Of a stretch of DNA of 64,000 bases, positions 12,885-26,443 are shown one piece after another (within the stretch, counting starts at the first letter, position 1; the number at the start of each line of letters is the position of its first letter). The notes under the pieces are model-generated. The model had not been told where the DNA came from, did not search any database, and was given only the letters and a program-made list of their open reading frames with translations. The DNA lies in assembly GCF_964194025.1 (NCBI RefSeq), contig NC_134481.1, positions 41,478,001-41,542,000 on the forward strand. The letters run 5' to 3'. Source of the DNA: Convolutriloba macropyga (taxonomy: Eukaryota). Made by a program: the position numbers and the translations under genes.

Positions 12885-13373
12885 CAATGAGAAAGCTATC
12901 ACTCACCGGATCTTTTCCGCTTGTCCCCCCCCCCCCCCCCCTCAGTATGTTAGGCACCCCCAATTCCAGAGCACGTGTCATAACATTTAAATCATTATGT
13001 AAAAAATGGAACGTGCATCTGGGGGGTGCAAAAAATATTCACCCACTAAGCTGGCGGGCGGGCACAAACGGAAAAGATTCCATTTACTTTACCATTGTAC
13101 GTAAAAACTAACTTATGATACTTAATGTCACCTGAGACCCGCAAGTTCCTATCAACACATATTGGAACTCATTTCAGCAGAGAAAGACCACAATGGTCAC
13201 TATAGATCAATCCGATTCTGTTGTTCTCTGTTGATTACCATTGATTGCATACTCTCGCTGTTCTTTCTCCGGTGAAAGGTTCCAGTGTTTAAAGCAACTC
13301 ACGGGTCTTACGGTGACATTTAGTTTCACAAGTTAATTTTTGCGTACAATGGTAAATGATAGCTTTTTCATTG
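12885..13373. mobile_element. Long-TIR non-autonomous DNA transposon with nested MITE
   Basis: CAATGAGAAAGCTATC...ACCATTGTACGTAAAAACTAACTT... is mirrored by ...AAGTTAATTTTTGCGTACAATGGTAAATGATAGCTTTTTCATTG. Confidence 0.65.
12908..13080. mobile_element. MITE (GGATCTTTTCCG TIR family), nested copy
   Basis: TIRs GGATCTTTTCCG.TTGT / ACAAACGGAAAAGATTC and a decayed 8-bp TSD cactcacc/catttact. Confidence 0.75.
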
Positions 13374-15183
13374 AAATGCTGGTAAAACTATTAACAGTTA
13401 TATGTGCACAGAGTTTTTAAATCTGGTTGGTGATAAACAAATTTGGTGATAAATCCGGATGATAAATCTGGTTGGTGATAAATAAATTTTATTAAAAATT
13501 GCCAAAACACAAAATTGCCCGAACACTATAGTCAACGCGAAAATTGATCACCTTCAACTTTTGGGTAATGCTGAAAAATTAATTTCTCGGTAAATATTTC
13601 GAAAGGTTCAACATCTGAACCATAAAAGTCCAAAATGTTGAAATTCATGGAAATGTTCAGTCCTCGCCAAAATAGACGGTTTACAAATCATTTCATCTTC
13701 TGGCTTTTTTTCTTAGATGAAACCTTTACTAGCCAAAATCAGAGATTCACTGAATTATTCAATTTAGAGTAGCCTAAAGTCATCAAAACATTAGAGCTAC
13801 TTAGTGATTTAGACTGGTGATGTATCTTGGTTAATGGATCAGAACAAAATCATAATATTTTCAGCTGATTAACAACTTGATACATCAGAAGTCAGCAGTC
13901 CAATATAAAACTTGTTTAATCACAATCCCTGGCCGTTGTTTACGCCGTTGACATCATTTGCAACCTGCAAATGCTATTTAAAACACGCATGCAGATTGCC
14001 GGAACCATCGATTGCCATGGCCCCGATTGGGATAGAAACAAGAACAGTACCGCGCGCATTTAAAACTGGGCTTTATCAGTTTACTCCGTTTCTATATTTT
14101 TGATAGAAACGTTTTTTTGGTATTGACTCTGTTCATTTTAGATTGCTGGGACGCTGCTTTTCAGCAATTTGATCAGAATAACGAAGAATGAAACCAGCCC
14201 AGAGAAGTGAAATATTAAAGTCACGAAAAATGCCAAAAAAGCGGCAAAATTGGGTGACACTGAACAAACTTTTGTCCGACGAACTGATTAAAAAAATTTA
14301 GACCTGACTAACAGCCTCCTTAAAAAAACATTCGTTGATAGTCGACATATCATGTAACCTTACATACACGAAAACCTAAACACTAAAAATTGCAAGAGCC
14401 GAAATTTTGTACGATGTCTTTATAATTGGTCGATTCAAAGTCAATTAAAAAGCAATTGTTTATCAAAAAATCTTTGCCCAAGTCAAATTTCTCACTTTTG
14501 GAAAACATAACCCATCATTTATTAATCACTAAGGGACGAAATGATAAAAAATATAAATTGTAGGTAAGATTCAAAAATTGACAAAACAAGCAGTGCCGTT
14601 AAAAATACAAATCACTATGAACTGCAGCATCAAAACACATTAATTCTAGCCGAATGATAAAGGCATTGGTATCGGTTATGAACTACTCTAAGTGATAAGA
14701 CAAAACAAGATCATTGAATTGAAAAATATACTAAACAAAATAGTCTCAAAGTATTTAGCTATTTAGTAGATTTAGTTATTTATCAATAGCAAGCGAAGAA
14801 GGACGAAGAAAGAACTCAACAAAAAAAAACAATACGAGCAAAAGCCAAATTTTTGAAATAATTTCTTGAAAATAATCTCATAGTTGAAAAAAAGCTAAAA
14901 TTTATTGACTTTCACTTGCATCATTATGAGGCCAACTATGATAGTCATTAATGATATTAAGTAACAAAACAACAAAAAAAACTATGAGTACCAATTAACT
15001 AAAACTTTCCTATAAAATAATATAAAAAAACTATATGCCGATTTGGAAATACAAACAAAAGCAACTATGCACCTTTTAGAACACATACAATCTCAAAGAC
15101 AGCACCCCAATACAATCCATCTTTTGAATTGTAAATAATGGTAGCACAACAATAGCCGGTAGAGACGATGGACGGCGGTATTA

Positions 15184-15600
15184 AAACATAACCGACTAAA
15201 GTAGGGTGAATTGTTTTCGGCGTGCGGTTCACTTCGTCAGTAGCTACGCGCCATTTAGTGAGAGTAGCTTTAGCATAATTGAAGGGGCGTAAGTGAGCGC
15301 AGCGGGGGGGGGGGTGAACCGGGGATGATGGGGTGGCAACAGTGGGGGGGGGCAATCTCTAAGAACCGCCCTTCGCACCATTTGTATGTCTCCAAAACAG
15401 ATTCTGTGAATCGCATATTTGAAGACTAGTGAGCTTAAAGGCTCTATGAGCACTTAATGCCCGCTGGGCGCTACCTGTTAATCCTGTTTTTGAGGACACA
15501 AACTCAAATGTGTCAGACAAAAAATTGGTCAAGCGAAAAATCGCATTAAAAAGATCGACAGGACTAATATAATTGCTACAAATTTCGTTTGAGAGCAATT
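15184..15600 (-). mobile_element. HINE-like element
   Basis: AAACATAACCGACTAA end, shared core and TCGTTTGAGAGCAATT subTIR. Confidence 0.7.
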
Positions 15601-15957
15601 AAACAAAAACCAACTAAAGCCGGAAGAAATACTTTGGAACAACTGCCAGAGGAACAGCTCAGCCGTTGGGGTAGTATCCAGACAAAAGGTTTACTGGGGC
15701 TTCAAATGATATTATTAGAGCTTATACAGTTCAATAGTAAACATAACCGACTAACGTCGGAAGAATTGCTCTCGAACTACTGGTGGGTGCTAATCAATTG
15801 CAATCTGCTCCAGTCGGGGAGGGGGATGGGGTAGCCTAAATGGGACTAAAAATTCATTAGGGGGCTTCAACAGATCTCACTGAACAATCTCAAAAAAAAA
15901 GATAGCGCCCCAATACATTTCAAATTCTTTGAATTGTAAAAAAGGAGAGCGCCTAAA

Positions 15958-16387
15958 AAACATAACCGACTAACGCCGGAAGAATTGCTCTCAAATGACT
16001 AGTGGGACCTCTTATCAATTGCAACCTGCTTGTGTGTGTGTGTTTGTGTGGGGGTAGCCTAAATGCGACTAAGAAATTCTCTAGGGGACTTCAAATAACC
16101 TCATTAGAGGTTATTATTTTTAGAATGTTATTTTTAGAGGTTAATACTATTAAGATTTAAACTGAAAAAAATGACACCAATTTCAGCGCACTTATGATTG
16201 AACTTAGTATTAAATTGCCGCTAATTGAGTCCAGCTACTTGAAATTGCTTGCGATTAAGAGAATTTTAGCGGAAAACGCAGAGAGTCAACGGCGTAAAAG
16301 TCTCAAAAGAGTAAAAAAAAACGGTCAAGCGAAAATTTTGCAAAAAAAGACACGTTCACAATAATGGCTTCTCTTCTAGAGCAATTA
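15958..16387 (-). mobile_element. HINE-like element (a partial copy precedes it at ~15739-15950)
   Basis: AAACATAACCGACTAACGCCGGAAGAATTGCTCTCAAATGAC ... AGAGCAATT, with an internal GT microsatellite. Confidence 0.6.
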
Positions 16388-17167
16388 ATAATTAAAGAGA
16401 AAATAATGCTTACGTTGGCGAGTTTTTCATTTGATTTTCATTAAAAAAATAATAGTTCAATTACAAATTTATCATGTTATATTTTTAACAAGCAGCAGAA
16501 AATAAAAATTTACATGCAAACCCTCGTTTGACCTTGGTACGAAAGTGCACAATTCGAATATGAATTTTGAGCATAAACACAAGAAAAATGCTGCAATCTG
16601 ATCGCCATTCTAAATTATGTAACCTTGATTTTTCGTTCCTGCAACAAATGAATGAATAGGAGAAAACTTACCATAAACCAAAACTCCGTATTATACTGCT
16701 GACCTCACGTTCCTCTGATTTTAATTACCAAAATCATCCGACGACAATTTCTTCTTTCAACTCTTAGCTTTAAATTTTTCTATAATTTTTTTTCTATAAT
16801 TAGCTACTTCATTAAGCAATTTACTTAATAGCACAATGTGAAACCAAATACGTAAGAGACTTTAAACGTAAACACTTTAAACGTAAAAAATTTACATTAA
16901 ATTTGCAGTTTTTATTTAAATAAGCCACATTAGCTCTGTTGAAAGTAAAACTGAGAGCGATTTCTTGTCTAACACCACAGAATTGAGTTTTGCTTTCAGG
17001 ATTCAGTTAGGTTTGAGCTTGTTTAAACTGTAAACTGTTCAATTTGTCGAGACAAAAATAACCCAAACTAAAACTAATTTTTTACCTTATCGAAAATTCA
17101 ATGTATATTGTTGTAGTGGCTTTCGTCTACAAGCTTGCTTCGCGACGTATTTTCTAAAACTATGTAT

Positions 17168-17230
17168 AAACAGGGGGGCTCCGTAATGTGCAGTCGCGCA
17201 TAATGTTCGGACCCCGATCATCTACATTTA
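17168..17230. repeat. DINE-1-like repeat end, second family (related copy 22261-22322)
   Basis: AAACA(A)GG.GGCTC.GTA followed by a hairpin (perfect ATGTGCG-TT-CGCACAT in the 22261 copy), then AA.GTTC.GACCCCG.TCATCTAC in both copies. Confidence 0.45.
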
Positions 17231-19027
17231 GAGGGCTTATGAATCCGGCCATAAATAACATTTATAAGACATTTCAAATAAACATACTCTTACAAACAAA
17301 ATACACATCCTGAGCTACAAAGCAGATGGGACTTATCCACAATGGGACTGGCTAACCAGTCAACGGAAAGAAAAATGGGGGCGAAGATCAAAAATCCACC
17401 GAATTTTTTAAGCCAAATAATTTCAAAGGTCATAAAAACAATTACTAACTTAAAAATTCTAGACATAGTCAATAATAAGTCTTCAATAAACCACTGGGTG
17501 CCGTGACAAAATGTGATAAAAAATACTGAACGATAACAACAGATACAGAAAGAAAAATTTACAATTAACTGGCAAACATAAAGCCTTTAAAATTACGAGC
17601 TACTATCTTAATATTACGTATATTAACTCAATTATTATTTGTTTCGTTTCAGTCAACAAATAAATGAAAGATTGTATATGTTTACTTGCGTCTCATTTGA
17701 AAATCAAGGAAACTTGTTTTTTTAACACGAGTATTTTAAGACAACAAAAAACAAGAACATTGATCACTCACAAAATTTTAAGAAAATGTACACTGTCCAA
17801 GATATAGAACATCGGTTGCAACATAAAACCAACAGAGGGTTTTACATTTAAAGCAAAAGAAAGTGGATGGGACCTCTCATTGACGAGACTAAGTTTCAAG
17901 TTGACAGAAAGAACAAAGCTCGAAAAACTCTGAAAGTTACGAAAAAAATAAGATCAAAACCATTGGCTATCACTTGACGGCCTTGAATAATTTCATTACC
18001 TCCAGACAGAGAAGCAATTGAGATCTGTCATAAATCAGAAAATTTCGCACGACTACAAAAACAATTACAGGCAAAACAGCGAAAGAAACAATGCGAGAGA
18101 GAACCGTCGAAGTCATCAATGAAAAATGTCAATCGGTGGAAACTTTCGGATATGCTATACTATCTCAATTTGAAACCAACGAGATTTGTCATTAATGAGA
18201 CTAAGTCTTACGCCTACAAAAAAGCAAAACAAATACAGGGAAAAACCGAGCAGTCAAACAAAAAGTGCAAGAAGAAACTGTCAAAGCTTTTGAAAGCCAT
18301 AAAAACCAATTCGCTGATAAGTTTTTGTGCTCACCTAAGACTTTTTTAACGCCAATAGGAACTTTCATTATAGCAAAAACGTGACAAAATTTCAAAAACA
18401 ACCGAACTTTCGAAAAAATTAAAAATCAAAAAGAATAATGAAAACTAGTAGCGTCTAAGTCATAAAACCAATAGTTGTAGGACAAAAACCTCTGACCAGA
18501 CTGGCTTTCGATTCAATTTTAGGCGTACAGGGCCTGTCAAAAGTGTGACTGACCACCAGATTTACAAAAATGAGGAATTTTCAAAAAGTAATTTACAAAA
18601 AGCGGGTCAGGATTTTTTGAAAAAATTGTTTCAAAGTCTTAACAACCATTAGGTATGCATTCAAAGCAATAGATAGGTTAACCTAAACCTCTTTAGGAGA
18701 ACAGTTGCAGTTTGTCAACAAAATTAAGCCATAGGACAACAAAAAAGCAGAAAAAGCAGGCAAAACAAAAAAATCACAAAATTTAAAACAATTTTTGAAG
18801 CCATTTAAACCATGAGCGATGATTCCCGGAAACAAAACTGTTGTCCATTTCCATTGTGCCTCATTTGATCATAAATTGGTTTCGTTTATAAAAAGAACCT
18901 TGATGTAAAATTATTTGTCACTGAATGACATGAAAATCAAAAACTTCAATATAATTCGAGTCTTTCAGATTGTAAACTTCCGAATGGAAACCACGTCTTT
19001 TGATGGCTGCTCGTCATTTAGAAAAAA

Positions 19028-19509
19028 AATTGCTCTCTAACGACCGGTTGGCTATCACTAGCTTTAGCTTAACTGAAGGGGCGTAAGGTGATGAACGAGG
19101 GGGGGGGCTGATGGGGGGGGCAACAGAGGGGGGATGGTGGGAGGGTTTTTTGGTCTTACGGCCTGAAAGATGTGCAGGGGTGGGGATTAGGGGTGTGAAT
19201 TGAGAGGAGATTGATGTGGGGGGGGGGGGGGGTGTTGTGGTGGGGGAGGGGGGTGCGGTCAACCTATAAGAACCGCCCTTCGCACCATAAGTATAGGTCT
19301 CCAAAACAGTTTCTGTGAATCGCATACTTGGAGACTAGTGAGCTGAAAGGCTCTAAGAGCACTGAATGCCCGCTGTGTGCTACCTGTTTATCACGTTTTT
19401 GAGGACAAAAAGTCAAATGGGTCAGACGAAAATAGGCCAAGCAAAAAATCGCATAAAAAAGACCGACAAGACTAATATTATTGCTACAAACGTCGTTTGA
19501 GAGCCAATT
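19028..19509 (-). mobile_element. HINE-like element
   Basis: AATTGCTCTCTAACGA ... TCGTTTGAGAGCCAATT, a G-rich centre, and a core shared with the 15184 copy. Confidence 0.7.
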
Positions 19510-20658
19510 ATCAACTTTTTTGATACAAAAAAAAATCTAAAATTGATCAAAAAGGATGCTAAAAGTAAATAAAATCACTCCCAAACATGAAATATTCACT
19601 AAAATTTTAAACTTTGATAACTTGAAAAAAAAGGAAATTCAAAAAATCTTTTTAATTTCAAAATCTATGCTGGAAGAGCTTTCTAATGATATCGCTCTCG
19701 ATTCTTTACGATGACTATCGGCCAAAATTTAATAACAAAAAAAATACTTCAGTATATAGTTCCTTAGTTTGAGCAGTATGTGAGGTGAGCCATTAATTAT
19801 AAGTAAAGAAGTTTCTACTGTTTTGTAGAGAACTATGGCTAAAAAATAACCAGGTACACGCCACGTGTCAGGACTTGAAGTTGTCTGTCGATGAAAACGA
19901 TCGGAAAAAAACATGAAAATTTGATTGAGTTGAACGTTTTACGCCAACTTTTGGACCTCAAAATAATCTCGCCCATATAATTACGCTAATAATTATTCTT
20001 ACATTTATTTGAATTAAAAAACAACGCATCAATATAACTTCATAAAACTGAAGAACTCAGTCAAGTTCCAACTTAAATTTATACGAAAAAAGTCAAAAAG
20101 ACAAAACACCCCCCTTATAGGGGCACAGATTGGTAATCGAAACAAAAATGGTAATTAAACAAAATTTGCTCTATCAAGCATTCGTTTACCCAGTGGATTA
20201 ATCATGAGTTTGAAAAGGCAGCACGTTTTCAGTACTGCTTTTCATTATAATAATTCACTAACAGATTTTTTTCCAAATACAATTTTTCATTTCAGGCGAG
20301 CGGTTAACGTCTTCATTCGCTGATACCTCTCAGAAGATTGGACATTTTTTCAAATTAAGTCAATAAGTCCATTTTGATCTAATTTAATTAATTTGTGAAC
20401 ACCGATTTCATATCATTACCCATTTTCGCGCGGCATTTTTTGCGTTACCCATGTCACAGATTAAGTTTTTTTACAGCTTTGAACTGATATCTACAATTTC
20501 TGATTCTTTATCTGATTAACAAACTTTTTGCACTTCAAAAATGGCCTCAGTAGTTAACAACTTAACTGTCTATGACAATATATACCCCAATGACAATATG
20601 CTAATTTCTAGATTATTGGCGAAAAATAATTTTTTAAATATTGGCAAAAAATATTTGT

Positions 20659-21278
20659 TCACGGCTGGAGTATTGTGAAAGATGAAACTCCTTTTAGTTT
20701 TTTCAATGTTGCGTGCAGCGCAGTTTTGAAAGTTATGTCCGATTTAGCCGCCTTTTTGCTCTTTCCATTCGCTCCCGAATAACTCAAATCCATACTCGAT
20801 AGCCTAGTAGAGCTTGAAAATGTCGGCGCCGTTGGTGAATTAAGAAAACTCGGGGGTGAAATTTGCGAATAACCCGGCGGCAGGGTTGTTATGATCACAA
20901 AATTATGTTCATATCTACAGCACATGAACCGCACCACTTTTTCAACGGCAGTTTTCGAGCTGATTACTGAAAAGCTGATATCCGATTGCCAACTAGTACT
21001 GTTGCCAGCTGTGTCGCCGCTGCTTGATCCGAATTCAAGGCCAGGGTTCATTTCGACATACTCGCAGTAAAACGCACCTGTGGGCATCAGCCTCCATTTA
21101 GGTCGCAATAACTTGCAAACGCAAGTGAGAAATTCTTCCGAATCTGAGGCGGCAAAGGTTGGCTGTTGCGATTCAGATAAGATACTGAGCACCAACTCGA
21201 TTCCGTGATATTTCTCATTTCGCGGTTTCTGATCCGAGTTCAAAAGAAGAAATGATTCGAGGCTCTTTGACGACTCAT
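20659..21278 (-). CDS. KICS2: KICS2-like exon 5 (terminal)
   Basis: tctttttgtttcag|AT (phase 1). RFMCCRYEHNFVIIT resembles TYFLTRPEPHFTIVI, and C-terminal LKKLKGVSSFTILQP* resembles LALKNPKVFASLKP. Confidence 0.75.
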
Positions 21279-21439
21279 CTGAAACAAAAAGACCAATGCA
21301 GGGTTGTATGAAACGCGGGGTTTTTCCCTTTAAACCCTGCCCCCCCCATTGTGGAGGGATATAATGGGAAAGACCCGAAACGCGCTGGGTGGAATCAAAG
21401 ATACAGTGCAAATAAAAACGATTCACGGTTCGTCCACGG

Positions 21440-21655
21440 GAAAACAGGTAAACACCGGAGGGCCTTAAGTTCTCTTGGAGCCCTATGGCTCACTAGTTTT
21501 GTAGGTTTGCGATTCACCGAGGCAGTTTAAGAGACATAAATTCATGATATGAAGTGTGGTTCTTGGAGTTTGAATCCTCGGCTTTACTCTCCCCCAACTC
21601 CTCCCTCCAATCGTTTGAGAGCAATTCTCGCCCGAATTTAGTCGGTAATGTTTAA
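21440..21655 (+). mobile_element. HINE-like element in KICS2 intron 4 (opposite orientation to the cluster)
   Basis: TCGTTTGAGAGCAATT followed by CCGAATTTAGTCGG hairpin and TAATGTTT. Confidence 0.6.
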
Positions 21656-21666
21656 AGTGTAAAAAC

Positions 21667-21878
21667 CTTTTTCAGGGTCAATTAATGAGTTGAACAGAAT
21701 CCAGCAGGAGACTTTGTTAGCTTTGGAGAAGGCAGCTAGGGATGAAAACACCCAGTTTTTAGACTGGAACAGTTTTTCCCACTCTGGAAAGTATCCAGTT
21801 GTTGAAATTTGACCGAGAGTCGAAGAGAAGTAGCACCCAAATAAGGCGGATAGGTATGAAATTAAGCCCGATAAGTAG
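21667..21878 (-). CDS. KICS2: KICS2-like exon 4
   Basis: ttcttgtttcag|C TAC (phase 2 matches exon 3). YLSGLISYLSALFGCYFSSTL resembles [21 protein letters not shown]. Donor AAA G|gttttt. Confidence 0.75.
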
Positions 21879-24800
21879 CTGAAACAAGAAAATGCCATTT
21901 ATTGTAGTAGAGATAATTCAAATTATGAATACTACCTTGATACAAACCTGCTATGTGGAGAAATTAATTTAGTTTTCACAAAAAGAATGCAAGAAAAACG
22001 TAAACTAAAAAATATTCTTACCGCTGGTTGAAAAATAATATCAGTGTCATAAAAATAACAAAATATTGCTTTGAATACATGAACGCATAAATTTAAGACA
22101 AACGTATCAAAAAAACTGTCGATTAGAGTAAATCTCCCCCCATAGAACGGGGGCTTCAAATCAACTCCTATGCTTGTATAAATTTTGATATCAGTCAACA
22201 TAAGCGACGGGCATCATATGCAAAATAAATTCACAACATATCGAAAAGGCAAAACATACGAAACAAGGAGGCTCGGTAATGTGCGTTCGCACATAACGTT
22301 CTGACCCCGCTCATCTACTTTTTTCATATGGGACTTTTCCTCAATGCGACTTAGCAACAAGTCGACTCGAAATGAGCAAAAGCGGCAAAAGTTTATTTAA
22401 AGATTGATTTTTTTGAAAAAGTATTAAGTTCGAACTGATTAGAAACATTACGCATCAAATGAAATCATTGAGAGAGTATTTTAAACCTCAATAGAGAGCG
22501 ACTGAGGCCTTTCATTATCCAGGATATGTCATACGATTACAAAACGACGACAAATACAGGCAAAATTATGCTCGAAAACGATGTCCTCCCAATCAATTAT
22601 ATATTAGGATGATCACTAAAAACAATAAAAATTTTTGTTTGGTTATTGAAGGTAACAGCATTTGTAAATCAAATGGCGCCCATTATTGGGATACTATGAA
22701 AAGAAAACAAAAACCTACAAAAAAGGGGCAAATATGCGAAAAACACAAAAATTAGTTTTATGAAAACTGGTCGATCGAAGAAGAAAGACCATTCGAGGAA
22801 AATAAAACCGTTATGAAGAGCAAATTGTATTTCAATAAATAAATGATGTGAACTGTATATAGAGATGCTTAGCTACAATTTATCAGAAAAAAAAATTGGC
22901 AGATCTCAAAAATCTATCTCTTTTTTTATTAAAAACAAATATTTTCAAAATTCATAGCCAAAAAATCTTTCGACTAAAACAATAGACAGTTTGTCTTGCA
23001 ACACTCGGAAAATTAATTGCGACTCTTATTGATGAGACTAAATCATAAGACTATAAAATAATACTAAATACAAGCTGAACTAATAAGTTTCACAAACAAC
23101 TTTACGAAACCACAGTTTTGAAGCCATTAAATTTATAAGATATTAACCGCGAGAGTGTAACATCTTCATTTGCGTCCTCTTTTACCATCATAACGTCTCT
23201 TTATGAAACAACTATCACAAAATGACAACAAAAAGAACCACAAAAACTGAAAAGTATCTAAACTTCACAAAATTCTTCTGAAACAAATTGTCTAAGCCCT
23301 GAAGACATCATTTAAAACGTTTAAACAGAAAAATTATTGTTTGATTCAACAAAACATTAAAAAGAGCTCTAAATGATGAGGCCAATTTACGAAAATGATA
23401 CAAAATTGCAAAATACTAAAAGAAATCTGAATCTGAACAAAAAGGGATAAGTTGAAGAATACTATCACTCTCTTTTTAGGAATTTAATTTGATAGTCAAT
23501 AAAACCATTAGCTATTTACCGATATCAGTTATTAAGTTCATTTGTTTATCTATAGTTGGCCACTGCGACTTTTAGTTACACAATATTTGGCATAAGACAA
23601 CAAAAATTAACAACAAAATAAAGGCCAAAAATAAAAAACTACCAATTTCTACAAGAGAACGGTGTCGCAGCCCTTCAAACCATATATTATGAAAACAAAA
23701 AATATGTTCAGTTTCAAATGTTGTAAAGTTTTTTTCAGTTAGATTGTTAAAAAATGTTACAATTTACAAAAGAAACAAAAACAACAGCAAAAATGGGAAA
23801 TTATGCACAAAAATCAGAAAATTTTGTATGAAATCTCGTAGTACCAAAAGCAAGAAAACCTTCTGTTAAAACAATCGGCAAAAAATTAGTTTATATTCTA
23901 TACAGAGGAAAGGTTGACCTGTTTTTACTGAGAATAGGCAAAATGTTGACTAAAATAATATAAAAACTTGACAAGTTCAAAAAATCACAGAAATTTCCTT
24001 AAAACAAATACATTCAATAACATCAGAGACGTTAGGTAACAACCGAATGTATAGAAACGTTTCACTTGCACCTCTTGAGGAAAAAATTTAGAACTTTGAG
24101 TGGTTAAACTTAATAATCGGACTGCCAAAAGAATAACAATTGAAGGCAAAAGACAAGAATTCAGTTAAATTTTACAAAAACTCTTCCTCAAAGCCATAAA
24201 TACTTTTGGTTCTCTGAAAACGAACTGTGTCTACTTTACGTAAATTGGAGTTGTCATTAACGGAGCTGTGAATAAAAAATATTGTCAGTAACTAACATCA
24301 AAAAAACAAAAGCAAAGTATTTTGAAAAAAGGCAGCATCAAAATAAAAACCAAAAATTCTCTGATTCTAAGAATCCATGATATTGTCGAACCCCTCCCTG
24401 ATTTTGTCGCGCGCCCAGCAAACCGACCAAGTGTTCCAAGTGTTTGCGAATTAGACCAATTGTTGTGTGGAATTCTTCAAATATTTTAAAAAAAAAGAAC
24501 GATGCATTCAGTATAATTATCGAGTTAAATCTGCAAAAAACGGCAAAGTTTAATTCCAGAAGACTTTCATACGGCACCTAATTGCAACTAGCGCTCGTTT
24601 TCAGATTACAGAGTCTGTTTTAAGGTTTCTAGGTCACTAAGTCTGGCAAACTTTAACAAAGTGGACCAAAAAAGCATATTTTGTGCCATTTTTGATGAAA
24701 AAAGTTTGAATTTTGAAAAATGTATCAAAATTTTTAGCCAAAAAAACTACAATCAAACAATTCAGCAATGCTCTTCTATCTCTAACGGTAACAACAACAT

Positions 24801-25137
24801 TCTGCCGTTAAAACTTTTAACTTATTTTGGATTATATTAGCGAAATTGTGCCAAATTTTAGCAAAAATTACTGAAATTGTGAACAAAAATAGTCGAATGT
24901 TCACAAAACTTTAAACCTCGATAACTCCCTGTAAAAATCGAAAATTGAAAAAATCTAAAGTGGGGGTCGGAACAATAAAGACAACTCTTCTTTTTATTTA
25001 CTTTTACTTTGAAAAACCCCAATAAATCTATGGATCCATTAGAAGGAACACAAATTTCAAATTCGAATATTGAATCATATTGATTTTTCGTAAAATATTC
25101 CACCGCGAATGATATACATGTTCAAAACACAACTTAC

Positions 25138-25424
25138 GTCAATATGTTAATTTTAGGCTTGGCAGAAGTTCCCCAGAAAACGGACGTGAAAGATTTCGAA
25201 GCACTAGATGCGCTGCCTTTATTTTGTCCAGATGAACCAGCGACATTACCAGCAGAAGAAGCCACAGGTGCGTCGAGTGCAGAATTGCGTAACTGTGATA
25301 AGGCATAGAGATATTTCTCTGATCTTTTCAAACTGTTCAAACTCGATGTCAGCTGCAAGTTGTTTATGTTGCTGACTGTGTCTGTTACCAATTCAACCAG
25401 AGTCATTTCTAACATGAGACTTTG
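25138..25424 (-). CDS. KICS2: KICS2-like exon 3
   Basis: gttcag|CAA...TTG AC|gtaagt encodes QSLMLEMTLVELV...LTSSLNSLKRS...VFWGTSAKPKINIL. Confidence 0.75.
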
Positions 25425-25831
25425 CTGAACGTATCAAACAGTACATAAACATTACCACAAAAAATTTTAATTTTCTTGAAATATTCAACTTATTAACAGC
25501 ATTTTTCTTCTGAAGAATTTTCTTCGCTTCCTCAAATTTACAACCGGGCACTATTTGTTTTCAGAAAAAATCAGGACTGATCAAGCAAATCAAATCTTAA
25601 GATATGATAGGAAAAGAATTTATTCGTCATCAAAAAAAAAAAAACAGACAAGGCATCACTTAAATTAGAACAATGTGATTGAACTTTAAAAATGGTAATG
25701 ACAGTCATAGTCATCGTAAAATGATCAATCATCAGAGATAAAAACCTGGTGTCTTCAGTTTCATTCTAGGTTAAAATTTCGTAATGAATTTTATAAAAAT
25801 CTTTAAATTTTTTTAGCCAAAAGTAAAGTAC

Positions 25832-25876
25832 CTTTATCGGAGCAAAACAGGACAGCCAAGTTTGTGCAGTGTTCAT
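25832..25876 (-). CDS. KICS2: KICS2-like exon 2 (45 nt)
   Basis: ggtttag|ATG AAC...ATA AAG|gtactt encodes MNTAQTWLSCFAPIK, phase 0-0. Confidence 0.7.
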
Positions 25877-25945
25877 CTAAACCAACACAATTGAAGCACA
25901 ATTTAAACGCCGAGGTCAAAAGAAAAAATGCGAAGACATACATAC

Positions 25946-26443
25946 GGACTCGAAGCATTGTAGACAGTAAATATCCAAAACCGCCTCCAAAGATGTAACA
26001 GCTGAGATGCTATCATAGAACATTCCCAGCTCACGTCGAATGTTCAAAAAAGTTGTCAAATTGGCTAGCATTGTGCTCAGTGGAAGCTCAGGGTCATTAG
26101 AAGATGACATTGTCAAGTCAATTGACACCAAAATGTTGATGCAATCTTGAATTAGTGTTTGCCATTTTCCGAACTGCTTTTTACTCGACAAGAAATCTAA
26201 TGAAAAGTAGCTTCGCTCAATTTGGAGAATTAAAATAAGAGCATCGCGTAATTTATGCAGCGGAAACCGAGAGAGGATTTGATTTTTGTCTAATAAACCT
26301 TTGCATTGTTCGAAGTTGCCTTCAATAAGCTTCTCAACAAATGATGCAACAATGGGCTCCTCGGGGAAGCTGCAGAGTCTATAATTATCGTCATCAAAAA
26401 CTTGCTGAATATCAATTAGATCAAAGCTCATTTTAACGTTCAT
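25946..26443 (-). CDS. KICS2: KICSTOR subunit 2 (C12orf66/DUF2003)-like, exon 1
   Basis: PEEPIVASFVEKL..., LQIERSYFSLDFL and LTTFLNIRRELGMFYDSI resemble human PVEQAVLETFFSHL, AAAEKVYHSLTYL and LCFFVQARMEIADFYEKM (human sequence recalled from memory). Donor TCC|gtatgt. Confidence 0.75.

Noticed and set aside
16671-16770. Minus-strand exon-like segment with GTAAGT donor
   Set aside because: Stops in all frames and no partner exon identified.
21279-21426. N-terminal part of ORF 20659-21426 as coding
   Set aside because: The phase-matching strong acceptor is at 21279, so this stretch is intronic.
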